A DNA stretch of 62,669 bases, the filler included, from Scenedesmus sp. PABB004 (Eukaryota), in NCBI GenBank assembly GCA_014905635.1. It is 5 parts of 5 records of this genome, joined end to end, with 100 filler letters (N's around TTAATTAATTAA, not from the genome) between each part and the next. Parts side by side here need not be neighbours in the genome. Positions count along the whole stretch, not along the records: positions 1 to 14,023 come from JABVCE010000068.1; 4 more parts are not named here. One strand, 5' to 3'. How positions within the stretch are numbered: the first letter of the stretch is position 1; every line of letters starts with the position of its first letter. Positions 1-10,863 of this stretch are shown here, piece after piece. The notes beneath the pieces were generated by a model. It ran no database searches, had not been told where the DNA came from, and was given only the letters and a program-made list of their open reading frames with translations. Both the position numbers and the translations under genes were made by a program.

Positions 1-1564
1 GGCCGCGCACCCGTGAGGCCTCCATCACGGCGGCGCCGCCGAGGATGAGCATGGACGTGACTGGGCGGGGTTTGGGGCGGTGGGAGGGGCGGGGTTTAGG
101 GGGCGCGCGGGCCGCGGCAGGGAGAGGCAGGGCAGAGGCGCGCGCGCGCGCGCGGCGCCGCCCCGGGCCGCGAGCTCCCCCCTCCGCGGCGCTCGCAGCC
201 CCCCCGACGCCAGCCCGCCCCCCGCCCGACCCGTCCCCTCCCTAAACCCTGCAGCGGCCGCCAGCCCCCTAAACCGCTCACGATGATGTTGGTGAGGAGG
301 CAGAACACCAGGAAGACCAGGTGGGCCACCGTGCCCCAGCGCGCCTGATGGGAGGGGGGCAGGGTTTAGGGCGGGCGGGGGCGACGGGGGTTTAGTGGGG
401 CGCGGCGGCTGGGAGCGAGGCGGGAGGCGGAGGGCGCTGCGCTGCCCCACGGCGCGGCGCAGGGCAGCGTGAGGGGGGCGCGGCGGGCGGGCGGGCGCGG
501 CGGCGGCCCAGGCGGCGGGCGGCGGTGGGCTCGGGGCGGGCGGGCACTCACGCGCACGACTCCAGCACGGTGTGGCACGTGGGCGCCTTCCGCTTGATCT
601 CAACCGCCTTGCAGGGGGGGGGAGGTGAGGGTTTAGGGTTAAGGGAGGGCAGGGGCAGGGGAGGCGCAGGGCGTGTGGGCGCGGGCGGGGGGCCGGCGCG
701 GGCGGGGGGCCGGCGCGGGCCGCTGAGGCCTAGGGGCTGGCCACAACCCTGGCTGGGGGCGCACCATGATGGCGAAGAGCAGCACCTGGATGGTCGCGCC
801 TGGGGTTTACAGGGGCGGTTAGGGGGTGCGGTTTAGGGGGCGCGTGCGCGTGGCGCAGGGCGCAGGAGGAGAGGAGGGCGCGTGCGCGCGCGCGCGCGCC
901 GGCCGCGGTGGCGTGAAGAGCACGGCGCGGCGCGCGGTGCGGCCTGGCGGCGGCGGCGCCGGGCTCACCTGCGGCGTACCAGAAGGGCCCTGACACGCCA
1001 TACTTGTACGCCACGTTGGACGACTGCAGCAGCGTCGCGGCCCACGTCCACTTGCCTGCGCGGCGGTCGGCGGAGGTCGGCGTGGGTCGCGCGCGCGCGG
1101 CGCGGGGGGCGCGCGCGGCGCGCGGGTGCGAGCGGCGTGCGTGCAGGGTGCGGCGCGCGGGCTGCCAGCGGCGGCGGCAGCAGGGCGGCGGCGCGGCGGC
1201 ACGCACTGACGATGTCGCACGCGGTCAGGCCGGCCTTGACGGAGCGGCCGGCGGTGGAGTAGGCCTCGGAGGTGCCGCTCGTGCCGCTGAATCGGCCGTC
1301 GAGCCAGATGGCGACGGAGGTGAAGGCGGTGAAGACTGGGGGAGGAGGGGGAGGGCGGGCGGCGCGTGTCACCGCGGGGCGCGGCGGCGGGCGCCGCCGA
1401 CTAGGGCTTTTTTGCCCACCTGCGCCGAACGCGACCACCACGACCCAGCCCACGACCTGCGGCAGCACGGGACTACCGCCAAAGTAATTGCACTGGCCCA
1501 GCTCAAAGTTCCCGGCTGCGCCGGCGTAGTTGAGCAGGTCCTTCCATCCGTAGCAGTCGGCCAT
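1..1564 (-). CDS. DUR3: Urea active transporter (DUR3/SSS family), multi-exon, 3' part beyond window start
   Basis: Spliced exons give [11 protein letters not shown]...[12 protein letters not shown] / [18 protein letters not shown]...[18 protein letters not shown] / [29 protein letters not shown] / [11 protein letters not shown] / [16 protein letters not shown] / [22 protein letters not shown] / TSMLILGG, which are characteristic DUR3 motifs. Confidence 0.93.
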
Positions 1565-3088
1565 GGCGACGCGCTGCGGAGGCTGCGGGGCTGCGGGGGG
1601 CGCGGAGGACGCGGGGGGCGCTGAGAGCGCTGCGCTGAGGTGCGCGGTGCGGGGGGGCGCGGCGCTGAGGGGCGAGCTGGGCCCGCTGGGGTGATGGCCA
1701 CGGGGTGCTGCTGTCCCGTCCACGTGGGGCGAGGGGGCGGGGGGAAGAGGGTGGGGGGTGAGGAGGAGCAGCGCGCAAGCCACTGGAGCGGTGGCGTAGG
1801 CGACGAGCGTGCAGGAGCGCGGCGGGCGGGGGGCTTGAAGCGCCAATCCTCCCACCACGCCCGCGCTTCTCCCCGCTGGGCGGGCGCCGCGGCCCGCCCG
1901 CCCGGCCAGAGTGCGCTGAGGGATCCTGCACTCCGAGGGCCCGGCGCGCAGGGCGATCGGGGGCGCTCCTGCCCGCTTGGCGCCAAAAATCGACGAGTAC
2001 GTGAGGGGCCACCTCCCGCACAGGCCGCGCCAGGCCGTGCGCGCCCGGCAGGAGCGTTGGGCGGTGCGACCGCCGCGAACGCAGTGCTCGGCGCAGGCGG
2101 CGGCGCGTGGCACCCGGCGCGCGCGCCGCTGCGTGCTGCGTGGTCGTCGGGTGACGCGCGGCGGCGCGCGGCGCGCGGCGCCAGTCGCAGCCAGCCAGCG
2201 GCAGCGCCGGGCGGCGGGCGCCCGGCAGCGGGCTCACGAGCGCAGGAGCCTCCGACGCGGGCGACGCGCGGCCTCCCCGTGTGCCACCGCTGCCACGTTG
2301 CCAAGACGGTGACGCCGCCCCGCCGGCTGCTGGTGAGCTCATTACCGATGCCCCCTCCCCCTCCCCACGCCCCCTCCACCACCACTCCATCTGTGCAGCA
2401 TCAACTTGAGCAGTCCTGCTCCCGAAAACCATGCGGGGCGCGGTGTGGCCCCGGAGCAGCAGCAGCGCCGCCGCCAGCGCGCGCGCGCGCGGCCGAGCTC
2501 AACGGCCGCGCGCGGGCGGCGCGCGCGGGCGGCGCCAGTCAGCGCAGGGTGACGACGACGACGACGACGACGACGCTGCAGGCCCCTCCCCCTCGCCGCC
2601 GCTGCACACTACCACCACCCCCACCCCGCCGGCCCCGCACCGCACCGACTCTCTCCGCCTCGCCGCCGCCGAGGAAGGGCGCCCCGCGGCCGCGCCGCGG
2701 CGGCACGCGCGTTGCAAGCAATCGCCGTCGCGCCAAGCCCGCCACAAGCGAATGCAAAGCACGATGGCACAGTGAGCGAGAGAAAAAGGCCGGCCGCGCC
2801 GCCCCGGGCGGGCGCGGCCCCGGCCGGGGCGCGCGCGGCTGGCTTGCAGTGCGGTCGAGTGTCGCGGCGGCCGCGGCGTCCCCCGCGGGGCAGCCGCCGC
2901 AGCGCCGCCCAGTAATGATCGGGCGGCGCGCGGCAAAATGTGCCGCGCCGCCGCCAGTGCAAGGGGGTTGCGGGGCGCGGGTGCGACGGCGCAGCGCGCG
3001 GGCACGCCGTGCGCGCCGGCGCCCGGCGCAGCCGCCCCGCCCGCCCGCGCTCGGCTCGGTGCCGCTAAGCCGAGCTGAGCTGAGTTCA

Positions 3089-5632
3089 TCAGGTGCTCGC
3101 GATGAGGTAGGCGGCCGACTCGGCAAGCAGCTGGCCCGCGAGGTCGCGCGCCTGCGCGACGAGCGCGCGCACGCTCGCGGCGGCCGTCGCGGCGCGCTCG
3201 TCGCCGGCGGGCGCGCCGCCGGCGACGACGTTGGGCGCGCGCGCCGCGAGCGCGCCCAGTATGGCGGCGGTGAGGTCCTGCGGCTGCTCGCCCGCCGCGT
3301 CGGCGTCGCCGTCGGCGGCCGCGGACGACACCGCCGCCGCGAGCGCCGCGGCCGCGGCCGAGGCCGCGAGCTCGGGCGGCGGGCCGCCGCCGCCGGCCGC
3401 CTCGGCCAGGCGCTGCAGCAGGTCCGCGGCGGCCTGCAGCTGCGCCGCCGCCGCGGCGGCCGTCCCCGCCGACGTGGCGTCAAGCGCGGCGCCAGGGGCA
3501 GGCGCGCCGCCGCGTGCGCCGTCGTGGCTGGCCTCCGGGCCGCTCCCCGGCTGCCCTCCGGCCCGGTCTCGGTCCCTGCCTCGCCCTCGCCGGCGGAGCT
3601 GCCGGGGCACGCCGATGCCGTCGGCGGCGGCGGCGGCGACGCGCGCGGCGCCACCGCCGCGGGGCCGCCGCCGCACGGCGCAGCCGCGGCGGCCCCGGCC
3701 GCGCCGTACTCCGTGGCAAGCGCGCCCAGCAGCTCCACCAGGCGCGCGGCGTCGCCGCCCTCTGCTGCGACGGTCTCGATCGCCGCTGCCGCGGCGGCTG
3801 CCGCGGCGGGCGGCAGCCGCGCCGCCGCGAGCGCCTGCGCGACCGCCACGAGCCGCGGGTCGACGCCGCCCGCCGCGACCGCCGCCGGCCGCCGCCGGCG
3901 CGGCGCGCGACGTCTCCTGCGGCTCGCCCTCCTCCGCCTCCTCGCAGCACTCGGCCAGGACGTCGAGGCCGCTCGCGTGGGAGCCGCCCGGCGCCGCCGC
4001 CGCGGCCGGGCCGGGCGCGCCGCCCCCCGCCAGGCCGGGCAGCGCCTCCAGCTTCAGCAGCGTCGGCGGCTGCAGCGCGGCGGGCACGAGCCCCGCGCCG
4101 CCGCCGGCGCCGCCGCTGAGCGCCGCGACGAGCTGCGCGGCGTGGGAGGGGTCGGCCGCGAGCCACTGCACCACCGCCGCGGGGTGGTGCAGGCCCAGGC
4201 CGGAGAGCGAGGAGAGCGCGCCGCCGCGGCCGGGCGCGCCGCTGGCGGCGGTCAGCGCGGCGGCGAGCTGCTGCGCGATGTCGGCGGGCGTGGGTGCGTG
4301 CGCCGGCCGCGTGAGCAGCGCGGGGTGCTGATAGTGCGCCGGGGGCCAGTCGACGGCCATCGCCGCCGCCGCCGCGGCGTCGTAGGCGCCGGCGCCGGCG
4401 CCGGCGCCGACAAAGGCGCCGTCGTCGCCGGCGCCGCCGAAGCTGCCGCCGCCGGCGCCGCCGTAGCTGCCGAAGCTGCTGCCGCCGCGGCTGCCGCCGC
4501 GCAGGCTGGCCGGCTTGGAGAAGGGGCGAGGCACGGGCGGCGGCGGCGAGTAGCGCGGCGCCGGCTTGAGCCGCGCGACGCGGTTCGCCGGCGCGCGCGG
4601 CTCGACGACCGCCACGCGCGGCGCGACCGCCGCGGCGGCGGCGGCCTTCCAGGCCTCCAGCTCGCCCGCCTCGCTGGCGGCCGCCGGGCCATCAGGGTAA
4701 AACCCTGGCAGCTCAGGCCCCCCGGCGATCACCGCGGCGCCGGGGCTGTGCGCGGTGAGCGTGAGGCGCGGCTTGGCGCCAGGCGGCCCGCCCGCGCCGG
4801 CGCCGCCCGCGCCGCCGCCTTGGGCGCCGCCGCCACGGCGGCTGCCGTACGCGGACGCGCGGCTGCGCTTCTTCAGCGTGGCCTTGCAGCTCCTGCGGGC
4901 CGCGCGGCGCGCGGCGCGCGTGGGGCGGCGCGCGTGGGGCGGCGCGCGCGGGGCGGCGCGCGCGCAGCAGCGGCCCGCGCGCGGCCGGCCCGCGCAGCCG
5001 CCATGCCCGCGCGCGGCCGGCGCGGCCGGCGCACCGCTGCAGGCCCTGGAACGCGGTGATCGGCTCGAGCTTGCCGCACTGAAAGCAGAAGCGATAGATG
5101 CTGTGCGCGCCCCTGCCCTGCAGCGTCACGCTCTCCGACTGCGGGGCGCGGCGCGGCGGCGGCGGCGTGGGCAGCTGCGCGCGCGTGCGGGCGCGCGGCG
5201 TTGCGCGCGGCGGCGCACACGCACCCGCATGTGTTCGGGGCAGACGCCGCGCTTGACGCAGTAGGGCTTGCCGAGCGCGACCAGGTCGACGGGGCAGCCG
5301 GGCACCTGCGCGCGGGCGGCGGCGCGCCCGTGGCGCGTGGGCGGCGGCGCGGCGCGCGCACGGCCCCGCGGCGCCCGGCGTGGCGCGGGCACACGATCGC
5401 GATGTCCCTGTTTCCGCGGCGGCCTGGCGCGCCCGGCTTGCCGCTGGGCGCCGGCCACGCTCGCCGCTCTCCGCGCCTGCGCAGGGCCCGCCGTGCCCGC
5501 TCGGCGCGGCAGGGGCCTCACCTCGCACATCTGCACGCCTTGCGCGCTGCCGCTGGCGTTGGCCGGCAGCGGCGGCTTCGCCTGCGCCGGCATGGCCTCG
5601 AGGCCCCCGCTGTCCGCGCTGGGGCGGGGCAT
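3089..5632 (-). CDS. SBP (SQUAMOSA promoter-binding) domain transcription factor, multi-exon, apparent frameshifts
   Basis: Exons join to MCE/VPGCPVDLVALGKPYCVKRGVCPEHMR/SESVTLQG...RFCFQCGKLEPITAFQGLQR/SCKATLKKRS, the SBP zinc-binding pattern. An Ala/Gly-rich C-terminus ends YLIAST*. Start codon uncertain. Confidence 0.82.
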
Positions 5633-5734
5633 GCCCTGCCGCCTCGGCGCGCCAGGCGGGCAGGCGCCGCTACGGTGTCGCCACAGGCGCGCCGGCAGAG
5701 GCTACGGACGCCCAGGCGCTCGCGGGGGGCGCTG

Positions 5735-6480
5735 CACGGCGGGCCGGGCGGTCGCTGGCGCCGCACGCGGCCGTCGTTGGCCGGGGCGGACGTCAGCCAC
5801 GCTCCCGTCCCAATTCGGCAGCGGCGGCGCGGCCGGAGCTGCGCTCGCGCGGCCGGGCGGGGGGCTGGCGAGGCCGCCGCGGCGCCTAGCGGGCGGGCGG
5901 CGCGGCGAGGGGGTGCGGCGGGGCGCGCCGGAGCGCGGGACTGGTGCTGGCGGGGCGGCCGGGACGCCGTGGCGCGCCGGGGGCGTGCCGCATCGCGGCC
6001 AGACCTCGAACCGCGCGCGCTGGGGCCCGTCGGCGAGCGGGCGCTGCCCCGGGCGCGCCGGCGCGCGAGGCGGCGGCGGGATCGGCCCCGCACGCGCGCG
6101 CCGGGCGGCGCGGCGCGGGAGGAGTGAGGGGCGCGCCCGCTTACTGTCGCGCTGCGGCGCGCGGGCGCGCGGTCGCGGGCGGCACGGGCGACGTCCTGGC
6201 GCGCGACGCGCGGGGCCGGGGCGCCCGGGGCACCTCGCGCGCCGCGGCGGCGCCGGCGGCCGCCCGTCGACACCGGCGGCGACCGCGCGGCTCTCGGCTG
6301 GCGTGTGTGCGGCGTCGCTGCGGCTCGCCGCCAGGCCGCGCCGTGCGCGTGCGCCGAGCGCAGGGCGGCGCGCGCGCGGCGTGCGGCGGTCGCGGCGGCG
6401 GCGGCACCGGCCCCTGCTGCGCGCCGCGCCCGCCGGTCGGCCCTCGTCCGCTCGGGAAGGGAGTTGGTGCTGCGGCAGAG
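5735..6480 (+). repeat. ~750-bp repeat, copy 1 (inverted partner at ~10091-10841)
   Basis: GGCGGTCGCTGGCGCCGCACGCGGCCGTCGTTGGCCGGGGCGGACGTCAGCCACGCTCCCGTCCCAATTCGGCAGC is the reverse complement of ~10748-10830. Similarity continues to GGTGCTGCGGCAGAG at ~6480. Confidence 0.9.
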
Positions 6481-6971
6481 TCAGGCAGCTGAGCCAGTTA
6501 CGCTGCGGCGTCCCAGGACAGCCGCCGTCACGTGCCCAGCGTCGGCGCGACCAGTGCCACCCCTCGCGAGCTCGCTCCCTCTGATCCCGCTCCCTGCCAT
6601 GCACGCCGATGCATCCCCCCGCGCCCCAGCTCCCTCTGCGCGCGGCCGGCGCGGCGCTCGCGCCCGCCAGGCGCTCCCCCTGCTGCCGGCGGTCTGCGAG
6701 CGCTGCCGCCCGCCAACGCCACAACCGTCGGCAGCGTGTCGCGGCCGGCCGGCGCACCAACGGCACGCGCGCACGCAGCAACGATAAACGAACACCGCCG
6801 CTCGCCCCTCGTTTTCTCTGCAGCCCCAGCGCTCCCAGCAGCTCCCCGCAGCCGCGGGGCTGCGACCCCGCCGCTCAACAGCGCCCCCGCCACAAGCTGC
6901 GCGCACCCCGCCCGTGGGACCCCCTGGGACCCCCTGCGCCCTGTCCCTAAACCCTCAACCCCCGGCCGGCC

Positions 6972-8755
6972 TCACGACGAGTACTCCATAGCGCCGATGT
7001 AGCGGTCATAAAACGCGGCCGCCGCCTCAAAGTTGCCGAGCTCGGTGTAGCAGTCGGCGATCGTGCCGTACGCGTCCGCGTCGCCTGCATGGCGGCCGGG
7101 GGGGGGGGGGGGGCAGGTGGGCGCGGCGCGGCGGCGCGTGAGCGGCCGCGGCGCCCGCGGCGCAGTGGCGGCGGCGGCGGACAATGCGGCGCACGGGCTC
7201 GCCGAGCGCGCCGAGCCCCCCTCCCCCTCAACCCGTCCTCCCTGAGCCCTCCCTGTGAACCCTCACTGAAACATCCTTGTGCCCCCCCCCCCCCCCGCGC
7301 GGGGCAAAGATAAAGACAAAGACAACGAAAGTCACACCATAGGCTCGCGCCCATGGTCCCGCGCCCCTTAAGGACGGTGTCCCGCATCTTCCAAATGTCC
7401 ATCACATAATCTGCCACCGAGTGAACGGCAAGCTGATCCTGCAGCAGGTCACCAAGCAGATAGCGCCGTGCCTGCTCCAGTGCTGCACACCGACCCGCCG
7501 CGCCGGCAGCAGCAGCCCGAGGGGCCGCCACACCAGCAGCGACGCTGCTGACGCTGACCGCCAGCAGCCCCGTGGCCATCACGCCGCTCGCCCCTCAGCG
7601 CCGCGCCCCCCCGCACCGCGCACCTCAGCGCCGCGCCCCCCGCAGCGCTCTCAGCGCCCCTCCCGTCCCCCAGTCCCCCCGCAGCCCCGCAGCCCCCCCA
7701 GCGCGTCGCCCGCCATGGCCGACTGCTACGGATGGCAGGACCTGCTCAACTATGCCGGCGCAACCGGGAACTTTGAGCCAGGCCAGTGTTCCTACTTTCA
7801 AAACTCAAACGTGCTTCCCAGGTCGTGGGCTGGGTCGTGGTGGTCGCGTTCGCCGCAGGTGGGCAAAAAAGCCCTAGTCGGCGGCGCCCGCCGCCGCGCC
7901 CCGCGGTGACACGCGCCGCCCGCCCCTCCCCATCCTCCCCCAGTCTTTTGGACCCTCCCCGAGCCCTGAACCCTCCCCAAACCCTCCCTGTGAGCCTGAA
8001 CCCAACCCTGAATCCTCCCCCAACCCTCCCTGAGCCCTGCACGCAGCCCTGAGCCCTGAACCCAACCCTGAGCCCTGAACCCTGAGCCCTGAACCCAGCC
8101 CTGATCCGCACCGGTGTACTCGGCCATCTCCTGGCTGATGTCCAGCACGCGCTGCAGGTGCCCGATCGCCGCCGCGTGCTGCCCCTGCAGCCGCGCCGCC
8201 GCGGCGAGGCCGCGCGTCGCGCGGCGCTCCTGCACCTGCGGCGGCGCGCGGGAGGCGGGGCGGCGCGACGCGGCGGCGCGCGGCGCGGGGCGGGGCTCGG
8301 CGCCGCGGCGCGGCGCGGCGCGGGCCGGCGGCGGCCGGCCGGCCGGGTGGCGGCGGCGCGGCCGCGGCGCACCTTGTCCCGGATCGTCCGGCTCAGCGCG
8401 AGCGCCTGCTCAAAGTTGGCCTGCGCGGCTGCGGGCGCGCCGTGCGCGCCGTGCGCGCGGGCGCGCGGGCGCGCGGCGGGCGGGCGGCTCGGCGCGCGCC
8501 CGGGCGCGCGCTCCGCCGCGACCGCTCACGCCGCGCGCGCGCCCTCCTCTGCGCCGCGCCGCTCGCCCCGCCGGCGCGCCCCGTGCGCCGCGCGCACCCG
8601 CGCCAGCGCCCTCCTTGAGCAGTCGCTTGCCCGCGCGCAGCGTGTCGCGGCAGCCGACCTGCTCCGCGCTCAGCTCATCCTCGTCCATCGACATCAGCGT
8701 CGACGTCGGCAGCACCGCGGAGCTGCGTCATTTGTGTTTGAATAACGGCGCGGAC

Positions 8756-8786
<31 letters not shown>

Positions 8787-9889
8787 TTTGGGGGCTGCAC
8801 GGGCGCGGCGCGTCGCCGGCGCCGCGCCGCCCGCGCCGCCCGGGGCGAGTGCGGGCGCGGGCGCGCTGCCGGCGGGCGCCGTACCTGCTCGCGATGACTG
8901 CGGCGGCGGGCGTCGCCGCCGCGACGACCGGCTGCGGCAGCGTGAGCGTGACGGTCGCCGCCGCCGCCGCCGCGGGCGCGCGGCCGCCGCCGCTCGGCGC
9001 GGCGGCGCCGCCGCCGTAGCCGCCGCCGCCGCCGCGGGTGCTGCTCGCGGCGCCGGGCTCGCCGTCGGCGCCGGGGCTGTACACCAGCGCCGGCGCGGCG
9101 CCGCCGCCTGCGGCGCGGCGCGGCGCGGGGGCTCGCCGCGGAGCGGCGGCGCGGCGCGGGCGGGCGGGCCTCCCGCGGCAGCTCCCGCGCGCGCGGGCCC
9201 GCGGCGCGCGCGCACGCGCACGCACCTGCGCGCGCCTGCGCGCGCAGCTGGGCGTTGATCTTTCGCAGCTGCTCGTTGAGCCGCTCCACCTCCTCCTTGC
9301 GCCGCCGCGCGGTGAGGCCGCCGCCCGCCGCGCCGACGAGGCCGACCGCGACGGCGACGCCGGCGACGTCCACGCCGTACGGCGTCGCGCACAGCTTCCC
9401 GTCCTGCGAGCGCCGTCCGCGGCGGCGCCGGGCGTGGGCCGGCTGCGGGTGCGTGGGCCGGCGGCGGGCCTGCAGGCAGCCGCCCCGCACCGAGGTCGCG
9501 CGGATCTCCTGCGCGAACGACTCCTTGCGCTGCGCAAAGCTGGCCTCGAGGCTCGCCTCCTCCTGCTCCAGCGCGCGCTCCAGCTGCTGCGCGTCCTCCT
9601 CCAGCGTGCGCTCCAGCTGCGCGGCGTCGGCCTCGAGCGTGCGCTCCAGCTGGACGAGCGGCGCAGCGACAGCAGCGCGCGCCGGCGCCGGCGCCGCGCC
9701 GCCGCCCAGGAGCAGCAGCGCCGCGGCGGCGAGCGGGGCGGCCGACGACGCCAGCAGCGGTGGGCCGCTGCTCACGACGCCACGGCGCGCCGCGGCGACG
9801 ACGCTGGCGCGAGGCTTGCCCGTCACCCCGGCCGCGGCCTGCACGCTCCCGCAGGCGGCGGCGTGCTGGCGTCCCAGCAGCGACGACAT
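6972..9889 (-). CDS. FLU: FLU-like (FLP) chloroplast TPR regulator of tetrapyrrole synthesis, multi-exon
   Basis: Transit-peptide-like N-terminus, then a TM segment and ARRRKEEVERLNEQLRKINAQLRAQARAG. TPR exons follow: VQERRATRGLAAAARLQGQHAAAIGHLQRVLDISQEMAEYTG / DADAYGTIADCYTELGNFEAAAAFYDRYI. The last intron is 7085-8111 (GT...AG, in frame). Confidence 0.88.
7300..7490 (-). mobile_element. Possible 3' remnant of a non-LTR retrotransposon inside the last FLU intron
   Basis: AT-richer island reading EQARRYLLGDLLQDQLAVHSVADYVMDIWKMRDTVLKGRG, followed by a degenerate (TCTTTG)n tail. This resembles a LINE ORF end plus microsatellite tail; the call is inference only. Confidence 0.35.
7561..7947 (+). 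pseudogene. DUR3: Partial DUR3 duplicate (5' leader, exon 1, intron 1, 4 nt of exon 2) inside the FLU intron
   Basis: Inverted homolog of ~1332-1713, reading [35 protein letters not shown], then a 1-nt deletion, then [12 protein letters not shown] and the same intron (GTGGGCAAAAAAGCCCTAGTCGG...CCCCCAG). It is truncated after TCTT. Confidence 0.88.
7953..8103 (+). repeat. Degenerate telomere-like (CCCTGAA/CCCTGAG)n array at the 5' end of the last FLU intron
   Basis: Repeated CCCTGAACCC/CCCTGAGCCC units, variants of CCCTAAA. Confidence 0.75.
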
Positions 9890-10090
9890 CGCGGGCAGCG
9901 TAATTGGCCCTCGAGCAGCGTGCCGCGGGCTCGCTCTGCGCCGGCCGGGGGCGCGAGGTGCGGCCTGCTCGGGCGGCGCGCGTGCGATGCGATCCTGGCG
10001 CCGGGGCGCTGGGCAGGGCAAATGGGGTGCACGGCGAGCTGCGCGGGAGCTCGCCGCGACGGTTGAGGGGCGTGTTATTCCCAGCTCGCG

Positions 10091-10841
10091 CCTCTGCCGC
10101 AGCACCGGCCCCTGTGACCGCCCCAGACGACGAGGGCCAACCACCGGGCGCTGCGCAGGCCACCGGCGCCGCCGCCGCGCCCGCCGCACGCCGCGCGCGC
10201 GCGGCCCCCCTGCGCTCGGCGCACGCGCACGCGGCGGCCGACGGCGGGCCGCAGCGACGCCGCACACACGCCAGCCGAGGGCCGCGCGCAGGTCGCCGCC
10301 GGTGCCGCCCGGCGGCCGCCGGCTCCGACGCGGCGCGCGAGGTGCCCCGGGCGCCCCGGCCCCGCGCGCCGCGCCGCGCGCCAGGACGTCGCCCGTGCCG
10401 CCCGCGACCGCGCGCCGCGCGCCGCAGCGCGACAGTAAGCGGGCGCGCTCCTCACTCCGCCCGCGCCGCGCCGCCCGGCGCGCGTGTTCGGGGCCGATCC
10501 CGCCGCCGCCTCGCGCGCCGGCGCGCCCGGGCAGCGCCCGCTCACCGACGGGCCCCAACGCGCGCGGTTCGAAGTCTGGCCCCGATGCGGCACGCCCCCG
10601 GCGCGCCGCGGCGTCCCGGCCGCCCCGCCAGCACCAGTCCCGCGCTCCGGCGCGCCCCGCCGCACCCCTCGTCGCGCCACCCGCCCGCTAGGCTCCGCGG
10701 CGGCCTCGCCGCCCCCGCCCGGCCGTGCGAGCGCAGCTCCGGCCGCGCCGCCGCTGCCGAATTGGGACGGGAGCGTGGCTGACGTCCGCCCCGGCCAACG
10801 ACGGCCGCGTGCGGCGCCAGCGACCGCCCGGCTCGCCGTGC
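10091..10841 (-). repeat. ~750-bp repeat, copy 2 (inverted partner of 5735-6480)
   Basis: Contains GCTGCCGAATTGGGACGGGAGCGTGGCTGACGTCCGCCCCGGCCAACGACGGCC, CAGTAAGCGGGCGCG and CCAGGACGTCGCCCGTGCC, all reverse complements of copy 1 segments in collinear order. Confidence 0.9.
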
Positions 10842-10863
10842 GCTGGGGCGGCCCAGCCGCCCC

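Noticed and set aside
1640..5059. 1139-aa plus-strand ORF and many similar Arg/Ala/Pro-rich ORFs
   Set aside because: These are shadow ORFs caused by stop-codon scarcity at very high GC, mostly antisense to real genes.
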